The notes below the pieces were generated by a model. The model did not search any database, was not told the DNA's origin, and saw only the letters and a list, made by a program, of their open reading frames with translations. From positions 37,249 to 69,248 of the forward strand of contig NZ_NHRJ02000014.1 of the NCBI RefSeq assembly GCF_002220865.2: a stretch of DNA of 32,000 nucleotides, given 5' to 3'. The stretch is from Paenibacillus xerothermodurans (GTDB lineage Bacteria; Bacillota; Bacilli; Paenibacillales; NBRC-103111). The position numbers and the translations under genes were made by a program. Below, one piece after another: positions 1 to 9,262 of this stretch; the stretch's first letter is position 1; each line of letters begins with the position of its first letter.

Positions 1-2
1 AG

Positions 3-701
3 CATTACTCCAAAATCGGTTACGACGGGCTGCAGCTGAAGCATTCCCAATATATAGGGTACATAGGGGAGCCGGACCGTTTTCTTGCCGAGTGGGGAAA
101 TCAATCGGGCGTTGGCTCGGCCCTAATTATCGGAGGCACGCTGGATGGCGCTAACATTGCCGCCTTACGCAGACTGTTTGGCTTTGCGCAAAAAATCGGC
201 AGCACGATCATCGTGTTTTGTCATGGTATCCCCCGTAGCGAAGTAACAGCTCAGGACATTCGGTCCTACGCCGCCGTGTTATCCGATCTTGGCAAAGAGG
301 CACAGCAACTCGGCTTGTCGCTGTCGCTTCATCACCATTACAATCAGCCGGTAATGTATCGGGATGACTTTGATATTTTCTTCAATCAGGTGCATGATGG
401 CTCGGTCGGTTTAACCATAGATACGGCTCACCTGGTGAAATCCGGTATCGTGGATGTTGCGGAAGTAATCACAAGCTTCGCCACATACATCGACAATTTT
501 CACCTGAAAGATTATGCGGGAGGGGATTGGCGGGTACTTGGGCAGGGAAACATCGACTTTCGTCCGATTTTTCAGGCCATACAGGGTGTCCACTACCGCG
601 GCTGGATGTCCGCGGACGAGGAAAGCGGCGGGGAGATGATGCGCAGCATGACGGAATGCCTACATTTTATGCGTCAAGGACTAAGCGACGCCGGCCATTA
701 G
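3..701 (+). CDS. sugar phosphate isomerase/epimerase (xylose-isomerase-like TIM barrel), 5' end outside window
   Basis: The frame of the listed 213..701 ORF is open back to nt 3 (HYSKIGYDGLQLKHSQ...), so the gene starts upstream of the window. Family-typical blocks are LSLHHHYN, TIDTAHL, FHLKDY and GQGNIDF. The stop lies 23 nt before the next gene of a sugar ABC operon. Confidence 0.8.
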   Translation, partial: HYSKIGYDGLQLKHSQYIGYIGEPDRFLAEWGNQSGVGSALIIGGTLDGANIAALRRLFGFAQKIGSTIIVFCHGIPRSEVTAQDIRSYAAVLSDLGKEAQQLGLSLSLHHHYNQPVMYRDDFDIFFNQVHDGSVGLTIDTAHLVKSGIVDVAEVITSFATYIDNFHLKDYAGGDWRVLGQGNIDFRPIFQAIQGVHYRGWMSADEESGGEMMRSMTECLHFMRQGLSDAGH

Positions 702-724
702 AATGATGCAGGAGGAAGAGCGCT

Positions 725-1687
725 ATGGATTCCCAGGCTGCCCGCTTGAAGCCCAATCTGCTGAGGAAGAAGAACGCACGGAATACACGGCTGTGGTTTG
801 AGCTCAAGCGTGATAAATACTTATATGTTTTGGTTCTGCCCGGACTCATTTATTTTCTTGTATTCAAGTATTTGCCCATGTGGGGCGTGATGATCGCTTT
901 TCAGGACTATTCCCCGTACCTTGGTGTAGTCGGAAGCAAATGGGTCGGCTTCGAGCATTTTGTCCGGTTTTTCTCCAACCCTGATTTTGCAATTTTATTC
1001 CGCAATACAATGATGATCAGTATGATTAATTTGGTGTTTTTCTTTCCGCTTCCCATACTGCTGTCGCTCTTGCTTAATGAGGTAAAGCAGCAGGTGTTCA
1101 AACGAGTGATTCAATCGATCGTATATCTCCCGCATTTTTTATCATGGGTGATTATTGTGGGCATCACTTTCCTGCTGCTTTCACAATCGTCCGGCATTGT
1201 TAACGTGATGCTGGAGAAGGCTGGATACTCTCGTTATGATTTTTTGACTAACAAAGACACATTTTGGGCACTGCTCACATTGCAAAATATATGGAAAGAA
1301 ACCGGATGGGGCACGATTATATTCCTGGCGGCTATAACCGCCGTCGATCCGCAGCTCTACGAAGCGGCAAAAATGGATGGAGCCAACCGGCTGCGCCAAA
1401 CCTGGCACATCACATTGCCTGCTATCCGGAACGTGATTCTCGTATTGTTCATCCTGCGGTTGGGCCACATCATGGATGTCGGCTTTGAGCAAGTGTTCCT
1501 CATGATGAATGGCGCTGTCGCGGAAGTCGCTGACGTGTTTGAAACGTATGTGTACCGCAACGGGATTCAAAACGGCCAATTCAGTTATACAACTGCCGTT
1601 GGCCTGTTTAAATCGGTTATCGGTTATGCTCTCGTCATTATAGCCAATTCCTTGGCGAAAAAATTCGGGGAAGAAGGCGTCTACTGA
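725..1687 (+). CDS. carbohydrate ABC transporter permease (LplB/YtcP-type)
   Basis: 320 aa and polytopic. N-terminus KRDKYLYVLVLPGLIYFLVFKYLPMWGVMIAFQDY is typical of LplB-like permeases. EAA loop YEAAKMDGANRLRQTWHITLPAI is present. Tightly packed with the neighbouring transporter genes. Confidence 0.9.
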   Translation: MDSQAARLKPNLLRKKNARNTRLWFELKRDKYLYVLVLPGLIYFLVFKYLPMWGVMIAFQDYSPYLGVVGSKWVGFEHFVRFFSNPDFAILFRNTMMISMINLVFFFPLPILLSLLLNEVKQQVFKRVIQSIVYLPHFLSWVIIVGITFLLLSQSSGIVNVMLEKAGYSRYDFLTNKDTFWALLTLQNIWKETGWGTIIFLAAITAVDPQLYEAAKMDGANRLRQTWHITLPAIRNVILVLFILRLGHIMDVGFEQVFLMMNGAVAEVADVFETYVYRNGIQNGQFSYTTAVGLFKSVIGYALVIIANSLAKKFGEEGVY

Positions 1688-1724
1688 TCTTGCCTGATTC
1701 GCACGGAAGGGAGGTTACACCATT

Positions 1725-2606
1725 GTGAAACAGAGCTTGGGAGCCGGTCTTTTCAACGCGGCCAACACCGTCGTTTTAATCCTTATAGGTCTGGTGACGT
1801 TGTTTCCGCTGTACTACGTGTTTATCGTCTCATTCACCGACGCACAGGAGTATCTCGAGAAAAACGGATTTGTACTGTTTCCGCACCGATGGTCGCTTGC
1901 CTCTTACAAATACTTATTTTCTACATCCGCATTCATCAATGCCACCGGCGTGAGCGCGTTTCTTGCCATAGTCGGTACCGGCTTGAGTCTTATGATTACA
2001 TCAGCGATCTCGTTCGGTCTATCGCGCAAACGGCTGCGGGGCAGAAGGGCAATGATGATGGGTATCGTCGTTACACTTCTGTTTAGCCCCGGCATTATCC
2101 CGCCATATTTGTTGGTCAGAGAGCTGGGACTGATCAACAGCGTATGGTCCTTGATCATTCCTGTCCTGACCAGTGGATGGTATGTCTTATTAATGAAGAG
2201 CTTTTTCGATAATATCCCGGCTGAGCTGGAAGAGGCTGCGATGATTGACGGCAGCTCGGATTTGGGTACCTTTTTCCGGATTGTGCTTCCGCTCTCAGCT
2301 CCGGCGCTTGCCGCCTTTGGTTTGTTTTATGCGGTGGCTTATTGGAATACGTTTTTCTCGGCGGTACTGTATATTAACGATTTTGCCAAATTTCCGCTGC
2401 AGGTGGTGCTTCGTAATATGATCGTAAACTCGGACACTTCCACCGGCGGCGCGGCTGCGGTAGAAATGATGTCAGAACAGCAGCTTCCTACCCAGACCAT
2501 TAAAATGGCTGCCGTCGTAATATCAACTCTCCCGATTCTATGTGTGTATCCGTTCCTGCAAAAGCATTTTACCAAGGGAGTTATGTTAGGCTCCGTGAAG
2601 GGCTAG
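1725..2606 (+). CDS. carbohydrate ABC transporter permease (LplC-type)
   Basis: 293 aa with a GTG start preceded by GGAAGGGAGG. Six hydrophobic segments. EAA loop EEAAMIDGSSDLGTFFRIVLPLSAPAL is present. Confidence 0.9.
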   Translation: MKQSLGAGLFNAANTVVLILIGLVTLFPLYYVFIVSFTDAQEYLEKNGFVLFPHRWSLASYKYLFSTSAFINATGVSAFLAIVGTGLSLMITSAISFGLSRKRLRGRRAMMMGIVVTLLFSPGIIPPYLLVRELGLINSVWSLIIPVLTSGWYVLLMKSFFDNIPAELEEAAMIDGSSDLGTFFRIVLPLSAPALAAFGLFYAVAYWNTFFSAVLYINDFAKFPLQVVLRNMIVNSDTSTGGAAAVEMMSEQQLPTQTIKMAAVVISTLPILCVYPFLQKHFTKGVMLGSVKG

Positions 2607-2618
2607 AGGTGAACAAAA

Positions 2619-4157
2619 ATGGGAGGGCTTTCTATGAAAAGCGGAAGATCGTCCTTTAGGAGCAAGCGTGTCAACCTGTCATTAATTGGAACGTTGTCGC
2701 TGACCTCCTTACTAGCGGGTTGCTCGAGCGATTCGGGAGCCGGTGATTCCGGCGCGAACAATGCGGGTCCGGTGACAATCAATGTGCTGTCCGATTTCAC
2801 CATCGCCCAGCCCCCGGCACCAGATAATCCGGTATGGAAGGAATTTGAGAAAAAGACGAACACAAAGCTCAATATCACATGGGTCACCGGTCCGGACTAT
2901 GTCGACCGCCTCAACGTGGTGTTAAGCTCTGGTGATCTGCCGGATTTGCTGAAGCTTGATGACATGACCAATCCGCTGTTTCAGCAAATGGTGAAACAAG
3001 GCGCGTTCTGGGATCTGACTCCGTTTCTCCGGGATTATCCGCATCTTATGGAATATCCGAAAGTCATTTGGGAGAACACCAAAATCGACGCGAAGAATTA
3101 CGTGGTACCGGTGGCCAGACCGTTAAACGGTTTCGCATTCGCCGGCATCCGCAAGGACTGGTTGGATAAACTGGGGCTGCAGGTACCGCAGACGATGGAT
3201 GACTTTTACAATGTGATGAAAGCCTTCAAGGAAAAACAGCCGGAAGGAAAAGCGGATACGTTCGGTTATACGATGCGTGCCCAGGAGTTCATCGAATACG
3301 TGTTCACGAATACAAACGGCAGATGGAAAGAGGTTAACGGCAGCTTAATCGACGCGAATTTCGATCCCGGTATGAGAGAGGCGCTTTTGTACAAACACAA
3401 ACTTTATGCGGAAGGACTGATTCCTCCCGACTACTCTGTAATGAAGGATAATCAATTCTGGGACATGGCGACCAGTGGGAGAGCAGGGATTACTTCGGAA
3501 ACCATCGAGGCATTATGGCGCTGGACTTATGACCAGTGGAAGCGGGATCCGAAGGTGGAGTGGCTGCCACTTAGTTCTTTGTCACACAAAAACGGACCTT
3601 TCGTACCGGAATACCGGGGCTATATTGGCGTGCTGGCGATCCCGAAAAAGGTGCCTGAGGAGAAAGTGAAAACCATCCTATCGCTGCTGAATTACGGCGC
3701 TTCTGAAGAAGGAGGCACGCTATCGTTGTACGGCGTGAAGGGGGTGCATTACAACGAGGAAAACGAGATGAAAGTTACGACGGAGCAGGCTGTGAAAGAC
3801 AGCGTAGGTGTCGGCTCTTTCGGGAAAATGTTCATGCGTTATGATCCTTATATGTATGCTTTTGCTCCGGGCATGCCGAAGGAAGTGTTCGAACGGAATA
3901 AAAGAATCATTGATGAACGGGCGAAAGTGGCTAAGCCTGATGTTGCGGTCGGATTGGTCTCTGAAACGGATATTAAAATGGGATCTGACTATAAAAAGAA
4001 AATATCGGATATGAAGACCCAGGTCACGATGGGTAAGGTCGGGATTCAGGCTTGGGATAAGCTGATTAACGACTTGAAGCAGGATCCGAATTACCAACAA
4101 ATTATTAAAGAAATGAACGACGCGTATAAAGCGCGCAGAGCGGCGCAGGGGAAATAG
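2619..4157 (+). CDS. extracellular solute-binding lipoprotein of the sugar ABC transporter (LplA-type)
   Basis: 512 aa with a signal peptide and lipobox LLAGC|SS. Size and sequence style match the large LplA-like family-1 binding proteins. The ATG at 2634 (GGAGGG 6 nt upstream) is an equally good start. Confidence 0.9.
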   Translation: MGGLSMKSGRSSFRSKRVNLSLIGTLSLTSLLAGCSSDSGAGDSGANNAGPVTINVLSDFTIAQPPAPDNPVWKEFEKKTNTKLNITWVTGPDYVDRLNVVLSSGDLPDLLKLDDMTNPLFQQMVKQGAFWDLTPFLRDYPHLMEYPKVIWENTKIDAKNYVVPVARPLNGFAFAGIRKDWLDKLGLQVPQTMDDFYNVMKAFKEKQPEGKADTFGYTMRAQEFIEYVFTNTNGRWKEVNGSLIDANFDPGMREALLYKHKLYAEGLIPPDYSVMKDNQFWDMATSGRAGITSETIEALWRWTYDQWKRDPKVEWLPLSSLSHKNGPFVPEYRGYIGVLAIPKKVPEEKVKTILSLLNYGASEEGGTLSLYGVKGVHYNEENEMKVTTEQAVKDSVGVGSFGKMFMRYDPYMYAFAPGMPKEVFERNKRIIDERAKVAKPDVAVGLVSETDIKMGSDYKKKISDMKTQVTMGKVGIQAWDKLINDLKQDPNYQQIIKEMNDAYKARRAAQGK

Positions 4158-4209
4158 GCATGAGCGTGGTGGCATCCGGGAAAAATCCATTGTTAAAGGA
4201 GATGCGGAC

Positions 4210-4572
4210 ATGGGAACTGTAACAGATTTGCGAAAGCAGGAAGAAGAGAGATTGTTATCTATGGGATGGGGAAAGATTCAGTGGCTATGCGGCAAAGATA
4301 TTGATCCTCAAGCCGAGATGACCTTCGGCATGGTGTACATTGAGGCAGGGCGAGCTAATGACAGGCATATCCATCCGAACTGTGAGGAGCTCATCTTCAT
4401 TTTATCCGGAGAATGCGATCATTCTTTGGGCGATGAGGTTTTCCATCTGCAGCCCGGTATGATGCTGCGCATCCCGCGGAACGTCCCGCATAATGCCAAG
4501 GTGACAAGCTGGGAACCCTGTCGCATGATTATCGCTTATTCTTCAGCCGACCGGCAGACTATCGGGGAGTAA
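4210..4572 (+). CDS. cupin domain protein
   Basis: 120 aa. Both cupin motifs are visible: GRANDRHIHPNCEELIFILSG and PGMMLRIPRNVPHNAK. AAAGGAGA lies upstream of the ATG. Confidence 0.8.
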   Translation: MGTVTDLRKQEEERLLSMGWGKIQWLCGKDIDPQAEMTFGMVYIEAGRANDRHIHPNCEELIFILSGECDHSLGDEVFHLQPGMMLRIPRNVPHNAKVTSWEPCRMIIAYSSADRQTIGE

Positions 4573-4635
4573 GGCCGTTTATTCTTGGCACATGACGAGT
4601 GCCTCAAGACAGTGCTGCTGAAAGGGGAAAAAAAC

Positions 4636-5484
4636 ATGGCGATATCCAGAGAGGAAGCGTTACATCACATACGTTTGCAAGCTGCGGAGGGCAAGACAAT
4701 AATCGGCGCCGGAGCGGGGGCCGGGCTGTCCGCCAAGTGTGCGGAAGCGGGTGGAGCCGACCTGATCATTATTTATAATTCGGGACGCTACCGGATGGCG
4801 GGGCGCGGCTCATTGGCCGGGCTCATGCCTTACGGGGATGCCAATCAGATTGTGATGGAAATGGCCGCTGAGGTGCTTCCGATCGTGAAACATACCCCCG
4901 TTCTTGCCGGTGTTTGCGGCACCGACCCATTTCGCGTCATGGAGGTGTATTTAAAGCAGCTGAAGGAAATGGGTTTCACGGGCGTTCAAAACTTCCCAAC
5001 CGTTGGGCTATGTGACGGCGTATTCCGGCAAAACCTGGAAGAGACGGGAATGGGTTATGACCTCGAAGTAGAGATGATCCGCACAGCGCATGAGCTCGAC
5101 TTGCTGACAACACCCTATGTGTTCAACGAGCGCGATGCTATCCAAATGGCAGCGGCGGGAGCTGACATACTCGTTGCGCATGTTGGGCTGACAACGAAGG
5201 GCAGTATCGGGGCTGCGACAGCAATGACATTGGATGAATCGGTGGAGTTGGTGCAGCGCATTCACGATGCCGGAAAAACTGTGAATCCGGATATTTTGGT
5301 CATCTGTCATGGGGGGCAGATCGCTGAACCGGAAGATGCCGCCTATGTTCTGAGCAGGACGAAGGGTGTGGCCGGCTTCTTCGGGGCATCCAGTGTGGAA
5401 CGGCTGCCCGCCGAAGTAGCGATCACTGAGCAGGTAAGGACGTTCAAAAATATATTCATTGCCAAACTTGATCCTGGCCGCTAG
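4636..5484 (+). CDS. PEP-hydrolase-like TIM-barrel protein (Tm-1 C-terminal-like family)
   Basis: Long conserved runs recalled from this family: [77 protein letters not shown] and ASSVERLP. I place the start at ATG 4636 (AAAGGGG upstream) rather than at the track's TTG 4585. Confidence 0.85.
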   Translation: MAISREEALHHIRLQAAEGKTIIGAGAGAGLSAKCAEAGGADLIIIYNSGRYRMAGRGSLAGLMPYGDANQIVMEMAAEVLPIVKHTPVLAGVCGTDPFRVMEVYLKQLKEMGFTGVQNFPTVGLCDGVFRQNLEETGMGYDLEVEMIRTAHELDLLTTPYVFNERDAIQMAAAGADILVAHVGLTTKGSIGAATAMTLDESVELVQRIHDAGKTVNPDILVICHGGQIAEPEDAAYVLSRTKGVAGFFGASSVERLPAEVAITEQVRTFKNIFIAKLDPGR

Positions 5485-5662
5485 GCCAGGTTTATTTGTG
5501 TGCTGTGGCGGACATGCAATCGCTCCACCATCTTGATCTTGCCGGCCGCAACAAGTTGAACGAACTGCTTCTTCCGGCTAGGGCAGGCATCACGTTTGAT
5601 AAGCTGCTTAACGTGTCGCCTTTTATCCGGGTGATCCCACCGTTACTGTCCGTTACCGCCGC

Positions 5663-5690
5663 ACGTATTCCCACATTTCGCCATACAATA
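5663..5690 (+). promoter_or_regulatory. candidate sigma-K-type promoter upstream of tgl
   Basis: AC (5663-5664), 17-nt spacer, then CATACAATA (5682-5690). This fits the mother-cell AC-N16/17-CATAnnnTA pattern and lies 42 nt upstream of the tgl ATG. The motif is short, so a chance match is possible. Confidence 0.35.
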
Positions 5691-5731
5691 GGAGTAAGCA
5701 TACGTTGATCTTATGAAATGAGGAACCAACC

Positions 5732-6523
5732 ATGATTGTAATCGCAGGGCAAAGCGCCTCCGCCTTCGACGGCCATATGCTGTCCGGGCTGGAACGTATG
5801 ATTTATGTGCAGAAGCAAGAGAGCTCCATCGTGTACAGATATAACTCCGTCGACAGTCTGATGTTTGAATTGCGCATGCGAACCCGTATCGTGGCGGCTG
5901 CCCGAGCACTGGCTGGCAGTGGCGCGAGGTTTGCCACGTTTGAAAACTCGCAATGCAATGAGGCGTATTGGCATCGCACAGCGGCCGGCGGCTTCCGCCT
6001 GCGCAGCGGAGTTGCCCCGCAGGCCGGGATTAGGGATATTTTCGTCAATGGGGGACTGTACGCATTCGAATGTGCAACGGCCATGGTGATCGTCTTGTAT
6101 AAAGCTGCACTGGATTCCATCGATCCAAACCAATTTGATAGGCTGTTTGCCAATGTGTATTTGTTTGACTGGCTGTATGACAACGATTTGCGGCTGATCG
6201 ACAGGGCGAATCCCGGCGAAGCGGTGCCCGGCGATGTGCTGTATTTCGAAAACCCGGACGTTTCGTCCGCTACGCCATGGTGGAGGGGCGAGAACGCCAT
6301 TGTGATGGGGGGCGGTCTGCTATACGGGCACGGCATCGGGCTGACCTCGGCAGAAGAAATCATTAACGTCCTCAACAGGCACAGAGAGCCGGGCAGCACC
6401 AGATCGGCATACCTGACAGACAAATTCACGCAGGTGGACTTTTCGTATTTGCAGCAGTTTCGATCGGCCGCCCAAGCAACACCAATCATCGCCAAAGTCG
6501 GCAGTCGAAAATATGTTTGCTGA
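5732..6523 (+). CDS. tgl: protein-glutamine gamma-glutamyltransferase (spore-coat transglutaminase Tgl)
   Basis: 263 aa, collinear with B. subtilis Tgl as I recall it: MI.V.GQ start, LMFELRMR..IVAAA, SGA.FATF, YAFECATA (catalytic Cys context), LYFENPD, WRGENAI and SAYL. Confidence 0.9.
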   Translation: MIVIAGQSASAFDGHMLSGLERMIYVQKQESSIVYRYNSVDSLMFELRMRTRIVAAARALAGSGARFATFENSQCNEAYWHRTAAGGFRLRSGVAPQAGIRDIFVNGGLYAFECATAMVIVLYKAALDSIDPNQFDRLFANVYLFDWLYDNDLRLIDRANPGEAVPGDVLYFENPDVSSATPWWRGENAIVMGGGLLYGHGIGLTSAEEIINVLNRHREPGSTRSAYLTDKFTQVDFSYLQQFRSAAQATPIIAKVGSRKYVC

Positions 6524-6623
6524 CGCAACTGGAACCTGTGATTTCCATTCATGTGCTAATACGATCAGAGCCGCAACCAAGGCAAACACGTGAACTTTTA
6601 GTGCACAAACGGGGTGAAAGAAC

Positions 6624-7013
6624 GTGAAGAAAATACCATTAAAAGGTATTGTTTTCGAATCGGGTGAGGGAAGCGCCGACCACGCTCACAAAATGTATGT
6701 CACAGCTGGAGACGGCCAACCGGTACATGCTCATCCATTTACCGGGACGACTTCCTTCGACGCCGGGCATGCGCACAGCTATGCCGGCACTACGGGGCCG
6801 GCACCCAGCCGGGTGGAGCATACGCACGCTTATCACGCAGAAACGACATTCAATGACGGCCATACCCATATCATACACGGAGTGACCGGACCCGCCATCC
6901 CGCTTCCGCATGGGGGCCATCTGCATTACTTTGAAGGAAATACCACAGTGAACGGAAGCGTTCCGCACGCACACCATTACAGCGGCAGAACCGGCGAGGC
7001 GAACGCAGATTAG
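6624..7013 (+). CDS. ymaF: YmaF family protein (periodic HxH motifs)
   Basis: 129 aa with a GTG start after GGGGTGAAAG. Seven HxH motifs each precede G-x-T-like segments (HAHKMYVT, VHAHPFTGTT, GHAHSYAGTTGPAPS, HTHIIHGVTGPAIPLP, HAHHYSGRTG). This matches my recollection of B. subtilis YmaF. Confidence 0.8.
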   Translation: MKKIPLKGIVFESGEGSADHAHKMYVTAGDGQPVHAHPFTGTTSFDAGHAHSYAGTTGPAPSRVEHTHAYHAETTFNDGHTHIIHGVTGPAIPLPHGGHLHYFEGNTTVNGSVPHAHHYSGRTGEANAD

Positions 7014-7043
7014 TCCGCTCGCACACTAACAATCCGCTGAGGA

Positions 7044-8681
7044 TCAACGTTCAGATGCAGGGCCAGCGGCTCCGGTCAACTCCAGGAAATATGACTTCAT
7101 ATCGACCATTCGTTCGGTTTTCGGTGCTCGTTCGGTCCCGCAGATCAACACAGGCACCAGAGAATCCCATCTATGCAGGGAGCCGTGCGCTCCCCCTCCT
7201 GTGTGACTTCGTGAGTTTTTGTCCGCCAGCTCGTAGCCGTATTTGGAGGTAACCACGAGAAAGTCGCCTTGATGCGAGTGGAGCGCCGCGGATAACCTTT
7301 GCAACGCATCGGGATAATCGCCATATTGCACAGTATGTCTGGCACGATCCCATTGTAAATCAAGCACGTCCACATCGTTCTGAACAGTCCAGCTTTGGTT
7401 ATAAGTATCGTGCACATCGCCATTGGGACGGTATTGCATTTCTTTTTGCGTGCCGCCCTTCATTACATAAATCCATCCGTTTTCCTTCCAAGCCACGATA
7501 TCAATCCGGTTGTCCGCCCTTAAATCGTCAGCAATATCTCGCATGCTGTACTTGGCATTCAAATTATAGACATAGGCCATATCTTCGTTGGAGGCAAGTG
7601 CGACTTCTGTTTGGTCGGTGGCGGTATCGCCGGGGGTGAGTATTTCGTAATTCATCAGTATATCCGGCAGTTCAATCACAGCCTGCTCGCCGGCACGCCG
7701 GACAGGGGTGACCCCGCTGTCTCCCACGAGGATAAAAACCGCTTGCCTCAGCGCTTCATCGCGGGAACCGTAGCTTTGCATGATTTGATTGAGCTGCTGG
7801 TCGACGTCTTTCAAGGTGTCCATATGAGAAGGGCCATCCTCATGTAACTCCGCGTCCAAATCCGGCATATACACACAGAGCAGATCGGGTACGTGATTGT
7901 TTTTAATCAAATATGAAGCGACATCGGCGGCGTACTGGTTATTTATGCCGAATTGCTGCGTCATGTTAACTTTCAGATCAATTACGCCGGCCAAAGGGTT
8001 GGAGAAGGCGCCGAGTGTGAAGAAATCTGGCCCCTTAACCTTCTGTTCCGCTGGCAATGAGGTTGTGCCATGGAGCCAGGATGGAAAAGTCAGCGTATGC
8101 TCCGCGCTTCCCCGGTAGATAATGCCGTTAATGGAGCCCGACTGACGGCCTTCTGCTGCCAGGTCTTCATAAATCGTCGTGATCTGCTTACTTAGATGAG
8201 TGTCATTCAGTTGAAAAAAAGTTTGCTGCAAGAACGGATTGATTCCCCTTTGCATAACATCCTTTGTTCCAGTTCCGTAATTGATGAGCGTTTTATCATT
8301 CGCTGAGTACCAGACCAGGCCCGGTACACGATGCTTGTCCGGGTAAGTGCCTGTGAGCAAAGTACTGTCAATAGTAACACTCATGGTTGGAAAAGAGCTG
8401 ACAAACTCTTTGTAATATTGTCCGTGATCGGCTAAGTAGCGGAAGGTGGGAAGTATGTTTTGCTGTATGCCCCGGTCTATCGAGGAAGAAAGCAAGGAAT
8501 CCACCATGATCAGTATGACGGGTTTGACGGCCTTGGCGCCGTTGGATGATTTCATTTGCGATAAATCGTGCTCGTGAGGCTGCTGCTTCGTGCACCCGAT
8601 GAGCAGAACGACTGCAAGCAGCACAGCGATAGCTGGAATTCGATGTTTGCACATATTTATGCTGAATCTACGTTCATTCAT
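7044..8681 (-). CDS. alkaline-phosphatase-superfamily lipoprotein (type I phosphodiesterase/nucleotide pyrophosphatase-like)
   Basis: 545 aa. GGGAGG lies 9 nt upstream of the ATG. Lipobox VLLIGC|TK. N-terminal core VILIMVDS...FPTMSVTIDSTLLTGTYPDKHRVPGLVWY is typical of the NPP/phosphodiesterase fold. Confidence 0.8.
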   Translation of the reverse strand: MNERRFSINMCKHRIPAIAVLLAVVLLIGCTKQQPHEHDLSQMKSSNGAKAVKPVILIMVDSLLSSSIDRGIQQNILPTFRYLADHGQYYKEFVSSFPTMSVTIDSTLLTGTYPDKHRVPGLVWYSANDKTLINYGTGTKDVMQRGINPFLQQTFFQLNDTHLSKQITTIYEDLAAEGRQSGSINGIIYRGSAEHTLTFPSWLHGTTSLPAEQKVKGPDFFTLGAFSNPLAGVIDLKVNMTQQFGINNQYAADVASYLIKNNHVPDLLCVYMPDLDAELHEDGPSHMDTLKDVDQQLNQIMQSYGSRDEALRQAVFILVGDSGVTPVRRAGEQAVIELPDILMNYEILTPGDTATDQTEVALASNEDMAYVYNLNAKYSMRDIADDLRADNRIDIVAWKENGWIYVMKGGTQKEMQYRPNGDVHDTYNQSWTVQNDVDVLDLQWDRARHTVQYGDYPDALQRLSAALHSHQGDFLVVTSKYGYELADKNSRSHTGGGAHGSLHRWDSLVPVLICGTERAPKTERMVDMKSYFLELTGAAGPASER

Positions 8682-8810
8682 GCCGCTCTGCCTCCCAGTT
8701 GTGTTGATCCGCTCCCTTAGTATGTCTGGAAAACAGCACTGCCATTAGCAAAATTGATCGCTATCGGGTGATGCTCACGTTCCGGGTCATACGGTGTTGC
8801 AACGGCCGCC

Positions 8811-8850
8811 CAATAAAGCAAGCCGGCATCCCGCGTGAACGGGTGCCGGC
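8811..8850 (-). terminator. intrinsic terminator after the LysM gene
   Basis: On the minus strand GCCGGCAcCCCGttcacgCGGGaTGCCGGC is followed by TTGCTTTATT. It lies 47 nt downstream of the LysM stop. Confidence 0.6.
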
Positions 8851-8896
8851 ATGCGCTGGCGTGCTTGCGTGCTTGTGTGCGCTGGTGTGCGGCACA

Positions 8897-9205
8897 TTAT
8901 CTGCCTTCGTCCCGCTCCAATCGGCTAACGCGTCGATCCAAGCGCTCGACATCACTGGATAATCGCTGCACCTCACGCTCCAGCCTCGTTACCCGTCTTG
9001 CGAGCTCACGCTCTGCTGGAGGTCCTGGCGGATAAGTTGGCCCGCCCGCCGGTGGCTGCCCCGCTGTCGGAATGTACAGACGTAAGCCGGGGTAAATCCG
9101 GCTTGGATCCGTTAGACCATTAGCCTGCATAATGGCCTGGGGAGTAGTTCCGAATCTCGCGGCGATTGCCCATAAGGTATCGCCGGGTTGAACAGTATAT
9201 AACAT
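8897..9205 (-). CDS. LysM domain protein with Pro-rich linker and C-terminal coiled coil
   Basis: 102 aa with GGAGGAG upstream. N-terminal LysM YTVQPGDTLWAIAARFGTTPQAIMQANGL...LYIP, then a PPAGGPTYPPGPP linker, then heptad-like RELARRVTRLEREVQRLSSDVERLDRRVSRLE. Confidence 0.85.
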   Translation of the reverse strand: MLYTVQPGDTLWAIAARFGTTPQAIMQANGLTDPSRIYPGLRLYIPTAGQPPAGGPTYPPGPPAERELARRVTRLEREVQRLSSDVERLDRRVSRLERDEGR

Positions 9206-9262
9206 TGAAGATCTCCTCCACTTTGACGGTATCGGGGAAGATGCTGACCTGCGCTTACCTAC

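Noticed and set aside
5496-5708. 70-aa plus ORF and 69-aa minus ORF in the 247-bp gap upstream of tgl
   Set aside because: Neither has a usable RBS or start context, and I recognised no motif. The region is better explained as the tgl promoter/leader. A degraded gene remnant cannot be excluded without a database search.
5803-6552. 249-aa minus-strand ORF, plus 5711..6133 and 5643..5909, overlapping tgl
   Set aside because: They are antisense to a gene whose product aligns end to end with Tgl. Their translations are Ala/Arg/Ser/Cys-rich with no motif, as is typical of shadow ORFs in GC-rich coding DNA.
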